64,000 bases of DNA from the human T2T-CHM13v2.0 reference genome, Homo sapiens, in NCBI RefSeq assembly GCF_009914755.1, contig NC_060933.1. One strand, 5' to 3'. The notes under the pieces were generated by a model that saw nothing but the letters and a program-made list of their open reading frames with translations, was not told the DNA's origin and searched no databases. Made by a program: the position numbers and the translations under genes. Of this stretch, positions 1-13,640 are shown one piece after another; position 1 is the first letter of the stretch; every line of letters starts with the position of its first letter.

Positions 1-805
1 ATGGAATGGTATGGAATAGAATGGAATGGAAAGAATTGGAATGGAATGGAATGGAATGGAATGGAATGGAATGGAATGGAATGGAATTAACCAGAGTGCA
101 GAGGAATGTAATGGAACGGAATGCAATGGAATGGAATCATCCGGAATGGAATGCAATGGAATGCAATGGAATGGAATGGAATGGAATCAACCCGAGTGCA
201 ATGGAATGGAGTGAAATGGAATGGAATGGAATGGAAACAACCAGAATGGATTGGAATATAATGGAGTGTAAGGGAGTTGAATAGAATCAATCTGAATGTA
301 ATGAAATGGAATGGAAAGGAATGGAATGGAATGAAAAGGAATGGAATGCAATGGAATGGAATCAACCCGAGTGCAATCGAATGGAATCGAATGGAATGGA
401 ATGCAATGGAATGGATTCAACTTGAATGGAATGGAAAGAATGGAATCAACACGAGTGGAATGGCATGGATTGGAATGGAATGGAATGGAATCAACCCGAG
501 TACAGGGGAATGGAATGGAATGGAATGCAATGGAATGGAATCATCCGTAATGGAATGGAAAGGAATGGAATGGAACGGAATGGAATGGAATGGAATGGAA
601 TCAACTCGATTGCAATCGAATGGAATGGAATGGAATTAACCGAATAGAATGGAAAGGAATGAAATGGAACGGAACGGAATGGAATGGAATGGAATGGAAT
701 GGAATAGAATGGAACGGAAAGGAAGGGAATGGAATGGAATAGAATGGAATGGAATGGAATCAAGGCGACTGCAGGGGAATGGAATGGAATGGAAAGCAAT
801 GGAAT

Positions 806-820
806 GGAATCTTCCGGAAT
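806..820. promoter_or_regulatory. Perfect 3-unit heat-shock element nGAAnnTTCnnGAAn (first of ~37 copies)
   Basis: gGAAtcTTCcgGAAt matches the HSF1 consensus. Other starts: ~1630, 2977, 3296, 4328, 5166, 8454, 8744, 9792, 11788, 13931, 16110, 17619, 18054, 18717, 19569, 20677, 21670, 25732, 30101, 32348, 36743, 37576, 40844, 41129, 41773, 42796, 44782, 46940, 49114, 50618, 51058, 51726, 52583, 53602, 54605, 58672. The motif match is direct; occupancy is inferred. Confidence 0.65.
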
Positions 821-1020
821 GGAATGGAATGGAATGGAATGGAATAAACCCGAGTGCAATGGAATGGAGTGGAATGGAATGGAATGGAATGGAACAACCC
901 GAATGGAATGGAATGTAATGGAGAGTAAGGGAGTTGAATAGAATCAATCCGAATGTAATGGAATGGAATGGAACGGAATGGAATTGAATGGAATGGAATG
1001 GAATGCAATGGAATGGAATC

Positions 1021-1330
1021 AACCCGCGTGCAATGGAATGGAGAGGAATGGAATGGAATGGAATGGAAACTACCCGAATGGAATGGAATGTAATGGAGTG
1101 TAAGGGAATTGAATAGAATGAATCCGAATGTAATGGAATGGAATGGAACGGAATGGAATGGAATGGAATGGAATGGAATGGAATGGAATGGAATGCAATG
1201 GAATGGAATCAACCCGAGTGCAATGGAATGGAGAGGAATGGAATGGAATGCAATGGAAACTACCCGAATGGAATGGAATGTAATGGAGTGTAAGGGAATT
1301 GAATAGAATCAATCCGAATGTAATGGAATG
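1021..1330 (+). repeat. Local 190-bp tandem repeat of the gtgtaagggaattgaatag cassette
   Basis: gagagg...gaaactacccgaatgg...gtgtaagggaattgaatagaat occurs twice (gtaagg at 1100 and 1290). A related cassette lies at 925. Confidence 0.8.
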
Positions 1331-4300
1331 GAATGGAACGCAATGGAATGGAATGGAATGGAATGGAATTGAATCAAATGGAATGGAACGAAACGGAATG
1401 GAATGGAATGGAATGGAATGGAATCAACTCGATTGCAATCGAATGGAATGGAATGCAATTTACCCGAATGGAATGGAATGGAATGGAATGGAATGGAATG
1501 GAACGGAACGGAATGGAATGGAATGGAATGCAATGGAAGGGAACGGAATGGAATGGAATGGAATGGAATGGAATGGAATGGAATCAACGCGAGTGCAGCG
1601 GAATGGAATGGAGTGGAATGCAATGGAATGGAATCTTCCGGAATGGAATGGAATGGAATGGAATGGAATGGAATGGAATGGAATGGAATGCCTTCAAACC
1701 GAATGGAATGGAAAGGAATGGAATCAACACGAGTGGAATAGAATGGAAAGGAAAGGAATGGAATGGAATGGAATGGTACGGAATAGAATGGAATGGAACG
1801 AAATGGAATGGAATGGAATGGAATGGAATGGAATGGAATGGAATGGAATCGTTCCGAGTGGAATAGGAGGGAATGTATTCGAGTAGAATTGAAAGGAATT
1901 GAATCAACCAGAGTGGAATGGAAGGGAATGCAATGGAATGGAAACTAATAGAATGGAATCAACCCGAGTGAAATGGAATGGAAAGGAATGGAATGGAATG
2001 GAATGGAATGGAATGGAATGGAATGGAATCAACTCGATTGTATTGGATTGGAATGGAATGGAATGGAATGGAATGGAATGGAATTAACACGAATACAATG
2101 GAATGGAATGGAATGGAAGGGAACGGAATGGAGTGGAATGGAATGGAATCAACCCGAGTGCAGGGGAATGGAATGGAATGGAATGCAATGGAATGGAATC
2201 ATCCGGAATGGAATGGAATGGAATGGAATGGAATGCAAAGCAGTAGAATCAACTCGATTGCAATGGAATGGAATGGAATGGAAAGGAATACAATGGAATC
2301 AACCCGAGTGGAATGGAATGGAAAGGACTGGAATGGAGTGGAATGGAATGGAATGGAATGGAATGGAATGGAATCAAATCGATTGGAATGGAATTGAATG
2401 GAATGGAATGGAATGGAATGGAATTAACCCGAATAGAATGGAATGGAATGGAATGGAACGGAACGGAATGGAATGGAATGGAATGGAATGGAATGGAATG
2501 GAATGGAATGGAATCAACCCAACTGCAGGGGAATTGAATGGAATGGAATGCAATGGAATGGATTCAACTTGAATGGAATGGAAAGAATGGAATCAACACG
2601 AGTGGAATGGCATGGATTGGAATGGAATGGAATGGAATCAACCCGAGTACAGGGGAATGGAATGGAATGTGATGCAATGGAATGGAATAATCCGTAAAGG
2701 AATGGAAAGGAATGGAATGGAATGGAATGGATGGAATGGAAGGGAATGGAATCAACTCGATTGCAATCCAATGGAATGGAATGGAAATAACCCGAATAGA
2801 ATGGAATGGAATGGAATGGAATGGAACGGAACGGAATGGAACGGAACGGAATGGAATGGAATGGAATGGAATGGAACGGAAAGTAACGGAATGGAATGGA
2901 ATCTAATGGAATGGAATGGAATGGACTGGAATCAACGCGAGAGCAGGGGAATGGAATGGAAGGAATGCAATGGAATGGAATCTTCCGGAATGGAATAGAA
3001 TGGAATGGAATGGAATGGAATGGAATGGAATCAACCCGAGTGCAATGGAATGGAGTGAAATGGAATGGAATGGAACAACCCGAATGGAATGGAATGTAAT
3101 GGAGAGTAAGGGAGTTGAATAGAATCAATCCGAATGTAATGGAATGGAATGGAACAGAATGGAATTGAATGGAATGCAACGGAATGCAATGGAATGGAAT
3201 GGAATGGAAAGGAAAAGAATGGAATGGAATGGAATGCAATGGAATGGAATCAACCCGAGTACAGGGGAATGGAATGGAATGGAACGCAATGGAATGGAAT
3301 CTTCCGGAATGTAATGTAATGGAATGGAATGGAATGGAATGCAATGGATTTAACTCGATTGCAATGGAATGGAATAGAATGGAATGGAATGGAATGGAAT
3401 GGAATTAACCGAATAAAATGGAATGGAATGGAATGGAACGGAACGGAACGGAACGGAACGGAACGGAACGGAATGGAATGGAATGGAATGGAATGGAATG
3501 GAATGGAATTGTATGGAATGGAATGGAATGGTATGGAATAGAATGGAATGGAAAGAATTGGAATGGAATGGAATCGAATGGAATGGAATGGAATGGAATG
3601 GAATTAACCCGAGTGCAGGGGAATGTAATGGAACGGAATGCAATGGAATGGAATCATCCGGAATGGAATGGAATGGAATGCAATGGAATGGAATGGAACG
3701 GAATCAACCCGAGTGCAATGGAATGGAGTGAAATGGAATGGAATGGAATGGAAACAACCAGAATGGATTGGAATATAATGGAGTGTAAGGGAATTGAATA
3801 GAATCAATCTGAATGTAATGAAATGGAATGGAACGGAATGGAATGGAATGGAATGGAATGGAATGCAATGGAATGGAATCAACCCGAGTGCAATCGAATG
3901 GAATTGAAAGGAATGGAATGCAATGGAATGGATTCAACTTGAATGGAATGGAAAGAATGGAATCAACACGAGTGGAATGGCATGGATTGGAATGGAATGG
4001 AATGGAATCAACCCGAGTACAGGGGAATGGAATGGAATGGAATGCAATGGAATGGAATCATCCGTAATGGAATGGAAAGGAATGGAATGAAACGGAATGG
4101 AATGGAATGGAATGGAATCAACTCGATTGCAATCGAATGGAATGGAATGGAATTAACAGAATAGAATGGAATGGAATGGAATGGAATGGAACGGAACGGA
4201 ATGGAATGGAATGGAATGGAATGGAATAGAATAGAATGGAAAGGAAGGGAATGGAATGGAATAGAATGGAATGGAATGGAATCAACGCGACTGCAGGGGA

Positions 4301-7300
4301 ATGGAATGGAATGGAATGCAATGGAATGGAATCTTCCGGAATGGAATGGAATGGAATGGAATGGAATAAACCCGAGTGCAATGGAATGGAGTGGAATGGA
4401 ATGGAATGGAATGGAACAACCCGAATGGAATGGAATGTAATGGAGAGTAAGGGAGTTGAATAGAATCAATCCGAATGTAATGGAATGGAATGGAACGGAA
4501 TGGAATTGAATGGAATGGAATGGAATGCAATGGAATGGAATCAACCCGAGTGCAATGGAATGGAGAGGAATGGAATGGAATGGAATGGAAACGACCCGAA
4601 TGGAATGGAATGTAATGGAGTGTAAGGGAATTGAATAGAATGAATCCGAATATAAAGGTATGGAATGGAACGGAATGGAATGGAATGGAATGGAATGGAA
4701 TGGAATGGAATGCAATAGAATGGAATCAACCCGAGTGCAATCGAATGGAATCGAATGGAATGGAATGCAATGGAATGGATTCAACTTGAATGGAATGGAA
4801 AGAATGGAATCAACACGAGTGGAATGGCATGGATTGGAATGGAATGGAATGGAATCAACCCGAGTACAGGGGAATGGAATGGAATGGAATGCAATGGAAT
4901 GGAATCATCCGTAATGGAATGGAAAGGAATGGAATGGAATGGAATGGAATGGAATGGAATGGAATGGAATCAACTCGATTGCAATCGAATGGAATGGAAT
5001 GGAATTAACCCGAATAGAATGGAATGGAATGGAATGGAACGGAACGGAATGGAATGGAATGGAATGGAATGGAACGGAATGGAACGGAATGGAATGGAAT
5101 GGAATGGAATGGAATGGAATCAACGCGAGTGCAGGGGAATGGAATGGAATGGAATGCAATGGAATGGAATCTTCCGGAATGGAATGGAATGGAATGGAAT
5201 GGAATGAAATGCAATGGATTCAACTCGATTGCAATGGAATGGAATAGAATGGAATGGATTGGAATTGAATGGAATTAACCCGAATACAATGGAATGGAAT
5301 GGAATGGAACGGAATTGAACGGAATGGAATGGAATGGAATGGAATGGAATGGAATGGAATGGTATGGAATGGAATGGAATGGTACGGAATAGAATGGAAT
5401 GGAACGAATTGTAATGAAATGGAATTGAATGGAATGGAATGGAATGGAATCAACCCGAGTGCAGGGGAATGTAATGGAACGGAATGCAATGGAATGGAAT
5501 CATCCGGAATGGAATGGAATGGAATGGAATCAACCCAAGTGCAATGGAATGGAGTGGAATGGAATGGAATGGAATGGAACAAACCGAATGGAATGGAATG
5601 TAATGGAGAGTAAGGGAGTTGAATAGAATCAAACCGAATGTAATGGAATGGAATGCAACGGAATGGAATGGAATGGAATGGAATGGAATGGAATGGAATG
5701 CAAAGGAATGGAATCAACCCGAGTGGAATGGCGTGGAATGGAATGCAATGGAATGGAATGGAATGGAATCAACTCGAGTGGAAAGGAATGGAATGGAATG
5801 GAAAGGAATGGAATGAAATCAACTCGAGTGGAATGGAATGGAATGGAATGGAATGGAATGGATTGCAATGGAATGAAATGGAATGGAATGGAATGGAATC
5901 AATCATTCCGAGTGGAATGGAAGGGAATGTAATGGAGTGGAAAGAAGGGAATGGAATCAACCCGATTGGAATGCAAGACAATGGAATGGAATGGAAAGGA
6001 ATGGAATGGAATCAACTCGATTGCAATGGAATGGAATGGAATGGAATGGAATGGAATGGAATTAACCGGAATAGAATGGAATGCAATGGAATGGAACGGA
6101 ATGGAATGGAATGGAAGGGAATGGAATCAACACGAGTGCAGGGGAATGGAATGGAATGGAATGCAATGGAATGGAATCATCCGGAATGGAATGGAATGGA
6201 ATGGAATGGAATCAACTCCATTGCAATGGAATGGAATGCAATAGAATGGAATAGAATGGAATGGAATTAACCCGAATAGAATGGAATGCAATAGAATGGA
6301 ATGGAACGGAACTGAATGGAGTGGAATGGAATGGAATGGAATCAACCTGAGTGCAGGGGAATGGAATGGAATGGAATGCAATGGAATGGAATCATCCGGA
6401 ATGGAATGGAATGGAATGGAATGGAATCAAACCGAGTGCAATGGAATGGAGTGAAATGGAATGGAATGGAATGGAAACAACCAGAATGGATTGGAATATA
6501 ATGGAGTGTAAGGGAATTCAATAGAATCAATCTGAATGTAATGAAATGGAATGGAACGGAATGGAATGGAATGGAATGGAATCGAGTGGAATGGAATGGA
6601 ATGGAATCAACCAGAGTGCAATGGAATGGATTCGAATGGAATGGAATGGAGTGGAATGGATTCAACCCGAATGGAATGGAAAGGAATGGAATCAACCCGA
6701 GTGGAATGGCATGGAATGGAATGGAATGGAATGGAATGGAATGGAATGGAATGGAATGGAATGGTTCGGAATAGAATGGATTGGAACAAAATGGAATGGA
6801 ATGGAATGGAATGGAATGGAATGGAATCAAGTCGATTGCAATGGAATGGAATGGAATGGAATGGAACGGATTGGAATGGAATGGAATGGAATGGAATGGA
6901 ATTAAATGGAATGGAATGGAATGGAATAAACCCGAGTGCAGGGGAATGGAATGGAATGGAATGCAATGGAATGGAATGGAATGGAATGGAATGGAATAGA
7001 ATGGAAGAGAATGGAATCAACCCGAGTGGAATGGCATGGAATGGAATGCAATGGAATGGCATGGAATGGAATCATCTCGAGTGGAAAGGAATGGAATGGA
7101 ATGGAAAGGAATGGAATGAAATCAACTCGAGTGGAATGGAATGGAATGCAATGGATTGGAATGGATTGCAATGGAATGAAATGGAATGGAATGGAATGGA
7201 ATAAATCATTCCGAGTGGAATGGAAGGGAATGTAATGGAGTGGAAAGAAGGGAATTGAATCAACCCGAGTGGAATGCAAGGCAATGGAATGGAATGGAAA

Positions 7301-8205
7301 GGAATGGAATGGAATCAACTCGATTGCAATGGAATGGAATGGAATGGAATGGAAATAACCCGAATAGAATGGAATGTAATGGAATGGAACGGAATGTAAT
7401 GGAATGGAATGGAATCAACACGAGTGCAGGGGAATGGAATGGAAAGGAATGCAATGGAATGGAATCATCCGGAATGGAATGGAATGGAATTAAATGGAAT
7501 GGAATGGAATGGAATGGAATCAACTCGATTTCAATGGAATGGATTGGAATAGAATGGAATGGAATTAACACGAATAGAATGGAATGGAATGGAATGGAAC
7601 GGAACGGAACGGAAGGAATGGTGTGGAATGGAATGGAATCAACCCAAGTGCAGGGGAATGGAATGGAATGGAATTCAATGGAATGGAATCATCCGGAATG
7701 GAATGGAATGAAATGGAATGGAATGGAATGGAATGGAATGGAATGGAATGGAATGGAATCAACCCGAGTGCAATGGAATGGAGAGGAATGGAATGGAAAG
7801 CAAGGGAAACTACCCGAATGGAATGGAATGTAATGGAGTGTAAGGGAATTCAATAGAATCAATCCGAATGTAATGGAATGGAATGGAACGGAATGGAATG
7901 GAATGGAATGGAATGGAATGGAATGGAATGGAATCAACCCGAGTGCAATCGAATGGAATCGAATGCAATGGAATGCAATGGAATGGATTCAACTTGAATG
8001 GAATGGAAAGAATGGAATCAACACGAGTGGAATGGCATGGATTGGAACGGAATGGAATGGAATCAACCCGAGTACAGGGGAATGGAATGGAATGGAATGC
8101 AATGGAATGGAATCATCCGTAATGGAATGGAAAGGAATGGAATGGAATGGAATGGAATGGAAAGGAATGGAATAGAATGGAATGGAATGGAATGGAATTG
8201 AATGG

Positions 8206-8770
8206 AATTGAATGGAATCAACTCGATTACAATCGAATGGAATGGAATGGAATTAACGCAAATAGAATGGAATGGAATGGAATGGAATGGAACGGAACGG
8301 AACGGAATGGAATGGAATGGAATGGAATGGAATGCAATGGAACGGAACGGAATGGAATGGAATGGAATGGAATGGAATGGAATGGAATGGAATGGAATGG
8401 AATCAACGCGAGTGTAGGGGAATGGAATGGAATGGAATGGAACGCAATGGAATGGAATCTTCCGGAATGGAATTGTATGGAATGGAATGGAATGGAATGG
8501 AATGGAATGGAATGGAATGGAATTGAATGGAATCAACTGGATTACAATCGAATGGAATGGAATGGAATTAACGCGAATAGAATGGAATGGAATGGAATGG
8601 AACGGAACGGAACGGAATGGAATGGAATGGAATGGAATGGAATGCAATGGAACGGAACGGAATGGAATGGAATGGAATGGAATGGAATGGAATGGAATCA
8701 ACGCGAGTGTAGGGGAATGGAATGGAATGGAACGCAATGGAATGGAATCTTCCGGAATGGAATGGTATGG
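8206..8770 (+). repeat. Local ~300-315-bp tandem duplication (also at ~40596-41150)
   Basis: aattgaatggaatcaact(c/g)gattacaatcg at 8206 and 8521; caacgcgagtgtagggg at 8404 and 8699. Confidence 0.85.
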
Positions 8771-11700
8771 AATGGAATGGAATGGAATGGAATGGAATGG
8801 AATGCAATGGATTCAACTCGATTGCAATGGAATGGAATAGAATGGAATGGAATGGAATGGAATGGAATGGAATTAACCCGAATAAAATGGAATGGAATGG
8901 AATGGAACGGAACGGAACGGAACGGAACGGAACGGAACTGAATGGAATGGAATGGAATGTAATGGAATGGAATGGAATTGTATGGAATGGAATGGAATGG
9001 TATGGAATAGAATGGAATGGAAAGAATTGGAATGGAATGGAATCGAATGGAATGGAATGGAATGGAATGGAATTAACCCGAGTGCAGGGGAATGTAATGG
9101 AACGGAATGCAATGGAATGGAATCATCCGGAATGGAATGGAATGGAATGCAATGGAATGGAATGGAATGGAATCAACCCGAGTGCAATGGAATGGAGTGA
9201 AATGGAATGGAATGGAATGGAAACAACCAGAATGGATTGGAATATAATGGAGTGTAAGGGAATTGAATAGAATCAATCTGAATGTAATGAAATGGAATGG
9301 AACGGAATGGAATGGAATGGAATGGAATGGAATGCAATGGAATGGAATCAACCCGAGTGCAATCGAATGGAATCGAATGGAATGGAATGCAATGGAATGG
9401 ATTCAACTTGAATGGAATGGAAAGAATGGAATCAACACGAGTGGAATGGCATGGATTGGAATGGAATGGAATGGAATCAACCCGAGTACAGGGGAATGGA
9501 ATGGAATGGAATGCAATGGAATGGAATCATCCGTAATGGAATGGAAAGGAATGGAATGGAACGGAATGGAATGGAATGGAATGGAATCAACTCGATTGCA
9601 ATCGAATGGAATGGAATGGAATTAACCGAATAGAATGGAATGCAATGGAATGGAACGGAACGGAATGGAATGGAATGGAATGGAATGGAATAGAATGGAA
9701 CGGAAAGGAAGGGAATGGAATGGAATAGAATGGAATGGAATGGAATCTACGCGACTGCAGGGGAATGGAATGGAATGGAATGCAATGGAATGGAATCTTC
9801 CCGAATGGAATGGAATGGAATGGAATAAACCCGAGTGCAATGGAATGGAGTGGAATGGAATGGAATGGAATGGAACAACCCGAATGGAATGGAATGTAAT
9901 GGAGAGTAAGGGAGTTGAATAGAATCAATCCGAATGTAATGGAATGGAAAGGAACGGAATGGAATTGAATGGAATGGAATGGAATGGAATGGAATGCAAT
10001 GGAATGGAATCAACCCGAGTGCAATGGAATGGAGAGGAATGGAATGGAATGGAATGGAAACTACCCGAATGGAATGGAATGTAATGGAGTGTAAGGGAAT
10101 TGAATAGAATGAATCCGAATGTAATGGAATGGAATGGAACGGAATGGAATGGAATGGAATGGAATGGAATGGAATGGAATGCAATGGAATGGAATCAACC
10201 CGAGTGCAATCGAATGGAATCGAATGGAATGGAATGCAATGGAATGGATTCAACTTGAATGGAATGGAAAGAATGGAATCAACACTAGTGGAATGGCATG
10301 GATTGGAATGGAATGGAATGGAATCAACCCGAGTACAGGGGAATGGAATGGAATGGAATGCAATGGATTGGAATCATCCGTAACGGAATGGAAAGGAATG
10401 GAATGGAATGGAATAGAATGGAATGGAATGGAATGGAATCAACTCGATTGCAATCGAATGGAATGGAATGGAATTAACCCGAATAGAATGGAATGGAATG
10501 GAATGGAACGGAAAGGAATGGAATGGAATGGAATGGAATGGAATGGAATGGAACGGAATGGAACGGAATGGAATGGAATGGAATGCAATGGAATGGAATC
10601 AACCCGAGTACAATGGAACGGAATGTAATGTAATGTAATGGAATGGAATGGAATGGAATGGAATGGAATGGAATGGAATGGAATCAACGCGAGTGCAGGG
10701 GAATGTAATGGAACGGAATGCAATGGAATGGAATCATCCGGAATGGAATGGAATGGAATGGAATGGAATGGAATGGAATGGAATCAACCCGAGTGCAATG
10801 GAATGGAGTGGAATGGAATGGAATGGAATGGAATGGAACAACGCGAATGGAATGGAATGTAATGGAGAGTAAGGGAGTTGAATAGAATCAATCTGAATGT
10901 AATGGAACAGAATGCAACGGAATGGAATGGAATGGAATGGAATGGAATGGAATGCAATGGAATGGAATCAACCCGAGTACAATGGAATGGAATGGAATGG
11001 AATGGAATGGAATGGAATGGAAGGGAATGGAATTGATTGGAATGCCTTCAAACCGAATGGAATGGAAAGGAATGGAATCAACACGAATGGAATGGAATGG
11101 AATGGAATGGAATGATACGGAATAGAATGGAATGGAACGAAATGGAATGGAATGGAATGGAATGGAATGGAATCGAATGGAATGGAATGGAATCGTTCCG
11201 AGTGGAATAGGAGGGAATGTATTCGAGTGGAATGGAAAGGAATGGAATCAACCAGAGTAGAATGGAAGGGAATGGAATGGAATGGAAACTAATAGAATGG
11301 AATCAACCCGAATGGAATGGAATGGAAAGGACTGGAATGGAAAGGAATGGAATGGAATGGAATGGAATGGAATCAACGCGAGTGCAGGGGAATGGAATGG
11401 AATGGAATGGAATGGAATGGAAAGTAATGGAATGGAATCAACCCGAGTGCAGGGGAACGTAATGGAACGGAATGCAATGGAATGGAATCATCCGGAATGG
11501 AATGGAATGGAATGGAATGGAATGGAATCAACCCGAGTGCAATGGAATGGAGTGGAATGGAATGGAATGGAATGGAACAACCCGAATGGAATGGAATGGA
11601 ATGGAGAGTAATGGAGTTGAAAAGAATCAATCCGAATGTAATGGAATGGAATGGAACGGAATGGAATGGAATGGAATGGAATGGAATGCAATGGAATGGA

Positions 11701-11829
11701 ATCAACCCGAGTACAATGGAATGGAACGGAATGGAATGGAATGGAATGGAATGGAATGGAATGGAATGGAATGGAATGCAATGGAATGGAATCTTCCGGA
11801 ATGGAATGGAATTGAATGGAATGGAATGG

Positions 11830-13640
11830 AATGCAATGGATTCAACTCGATTGCAATGGAATGGAATAGAATGGAATGGAATGGAATGGAATGGAATTAA
11901 ACCGAATAGAATGGAATGGAATGGAATGGAACGGAACGGAACGGAACGGAACGGAACGGAGTGGAATGGAATGGAATGGAATTGTATGGAATGGAATGGA
12001 ATGGTACGGAATAGAATGGAATGGAAAGAATTGGAATGGAATGGAATCGAATGGAATGGAATGGAATGGAATGGAATGGAATCAACCGGAGTGCAATGGA
12101 ATGGAGTGGAACGGAATGGAATGGAATAGAACAACCCGAATGGAATGGAATGTAATGGATAGTAAGGGAGTTCAATAGAATCAATGCGAATGTAATGGAA
12201 TGGAACGGAATGGAATGGAATGGAATGGAATGGAATGCAATGGAATGGAATCAACCCGAGTACAATGGAACGGAATGTAATGTAATGTAATGGAATGGAA
12301 TGGAATGGAATGGAATGGAATGGAATGGAATGGAATCAACCCGAGTGCAATGGAATGGAGAGGAATGGAATGGAATGGAATGGAAACTACCCGAATGGAA
12401 TGGAATGTAATGGAGTGTAAGGGAATTGAATAGAATCAATCCGAAAGGAATGGAATGGAATGGAACGGAATGTAATGTAATGGAATGGAATGGAATCAAC
12501 CCGAGTGCAGGAGAATGGAATGGAATGGAATGCAATGGAATGGAATCATCCGGAATGGAATGGAATGGAATGCAATGGAATGGAATGGAATGGAATCAAC
12601 CTGAGTGCAATGGAATGGACTGAAATGGAATGGAATGGAATGGAAACAACCAGAATGCAATGGAATGCACTCGGGTTGATTCCATTCCATTGCATTCCAT
12701 TCCATTCCATTCCATTCCATTCCTTTCCGTTCCATTCCATTTCATTACATTCAGATTGATTCTATTCAATTCCCTTACACTCCATTATATTCCAATCCAT
12801 TCTGGTTGTTTCCATTCCATTCCATTCCATTTCACTCCATTCCTTTGCACTCGGGTTGATTCCATTCCATTCCATTCCATTCCATTCCGGATGATTCCAT
12901 TCCATTGCATTACATCCCATTCCATTCCCCTGCACTCGGGTTGATTCCATTCCAGTCCATTACATTACATTCCGTTCCATTACATTCCATTCCATTCGGA
13001 TTGATTCTATTCAATTCCCTTACACTTCATTACATTCCATTCCATTCGGGTAGTTTCCATTCCATTCCATTCCTTTCCTCTCTATTCCATTGCACTCGGG
13101 TTGATTCCATTCCATTCCATTCCATTCCATTCCATTCCATTCCATTCCATTCCATTCCATTCCATTGTACTCGGGTTCATTCCATTCCATTGCATTCCAT
13201 TCCATTCCATTCCGTTCCATTCCGTTCCATTCCATTCCATTACATTCGGATTGATTCTATTCAACTCCCTTACTCTCCATTACATTCCATTCCATTCGGG
13301 TTGTTCCATTCCATTCCATTCCATTCCAATCCATTCCATTGCCCTCGGGTTGGTTCCATTCCATTCCATTCCATTCCATTCCATTCCATTCCATTCGATT
13401 CGATTCCATTCGATTCATTCCATTCCAATTCTTTCCATTCCATTCTATTCTGTACCATTCCATTCCATTCCATACAATTCCATTCCATTCCATTCCATTC
13501 CATTCCATTCCATTCGGTTCCGTTCCGTTCCGTTCCGTTCCATACCATTCCATTCCATTCTATTCGGGTTAATTCCATTCCATTCCATTCCATTACATTC
13601 TATTCCATTTCATTGCAATCGAGTTGAATCCATTGCATTC
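11830..13640. repeat. Imperfect long inverted repeat: arms ~11830-12656 and 12799-~13640, 142-bp spacer
   Basis: Mirror-order motifs: aaacaaccagaat 12644 / attctggttgttt 12799; atcatccgg 12545 / ccggatgat 12887; gaaactacccga 12383 / tcgggtagtttc ~13046; gaaagaattgg ~12025 / ccaattctttc ~13425; ggattcaactcgattgcaat 11838 / attgcaatcgagttgaatcc ~13612. Confidence 0.88.

Larger units (their letters stand above)
1..12669 (+). repeat. Orientation block 1, GGAAT on + strand
   Basis: GGAAT pentamers up to ...cagaatgcaatggaaTGCA (12666-12669). Confidence 0.97.

Noticed and set aside
1-4800. ~3.5-kb spacing (1 vs ~3518) suggestive of the Y-chromosome DYZ1 unit
   Set aside because: It is seen only once, the next recurrence is ~5.5 kb away, and the mixed orientation and irregular cassette order do not fit a homogeneous 3.6-kb tandem array.
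12490-12944. Chimeric ORFs switching from MEWNG to IPFHS (also 45479-45933 and 59369-59857)
   Set aside because: They simply read through the strand-switch junctions and serve only as junction markers.
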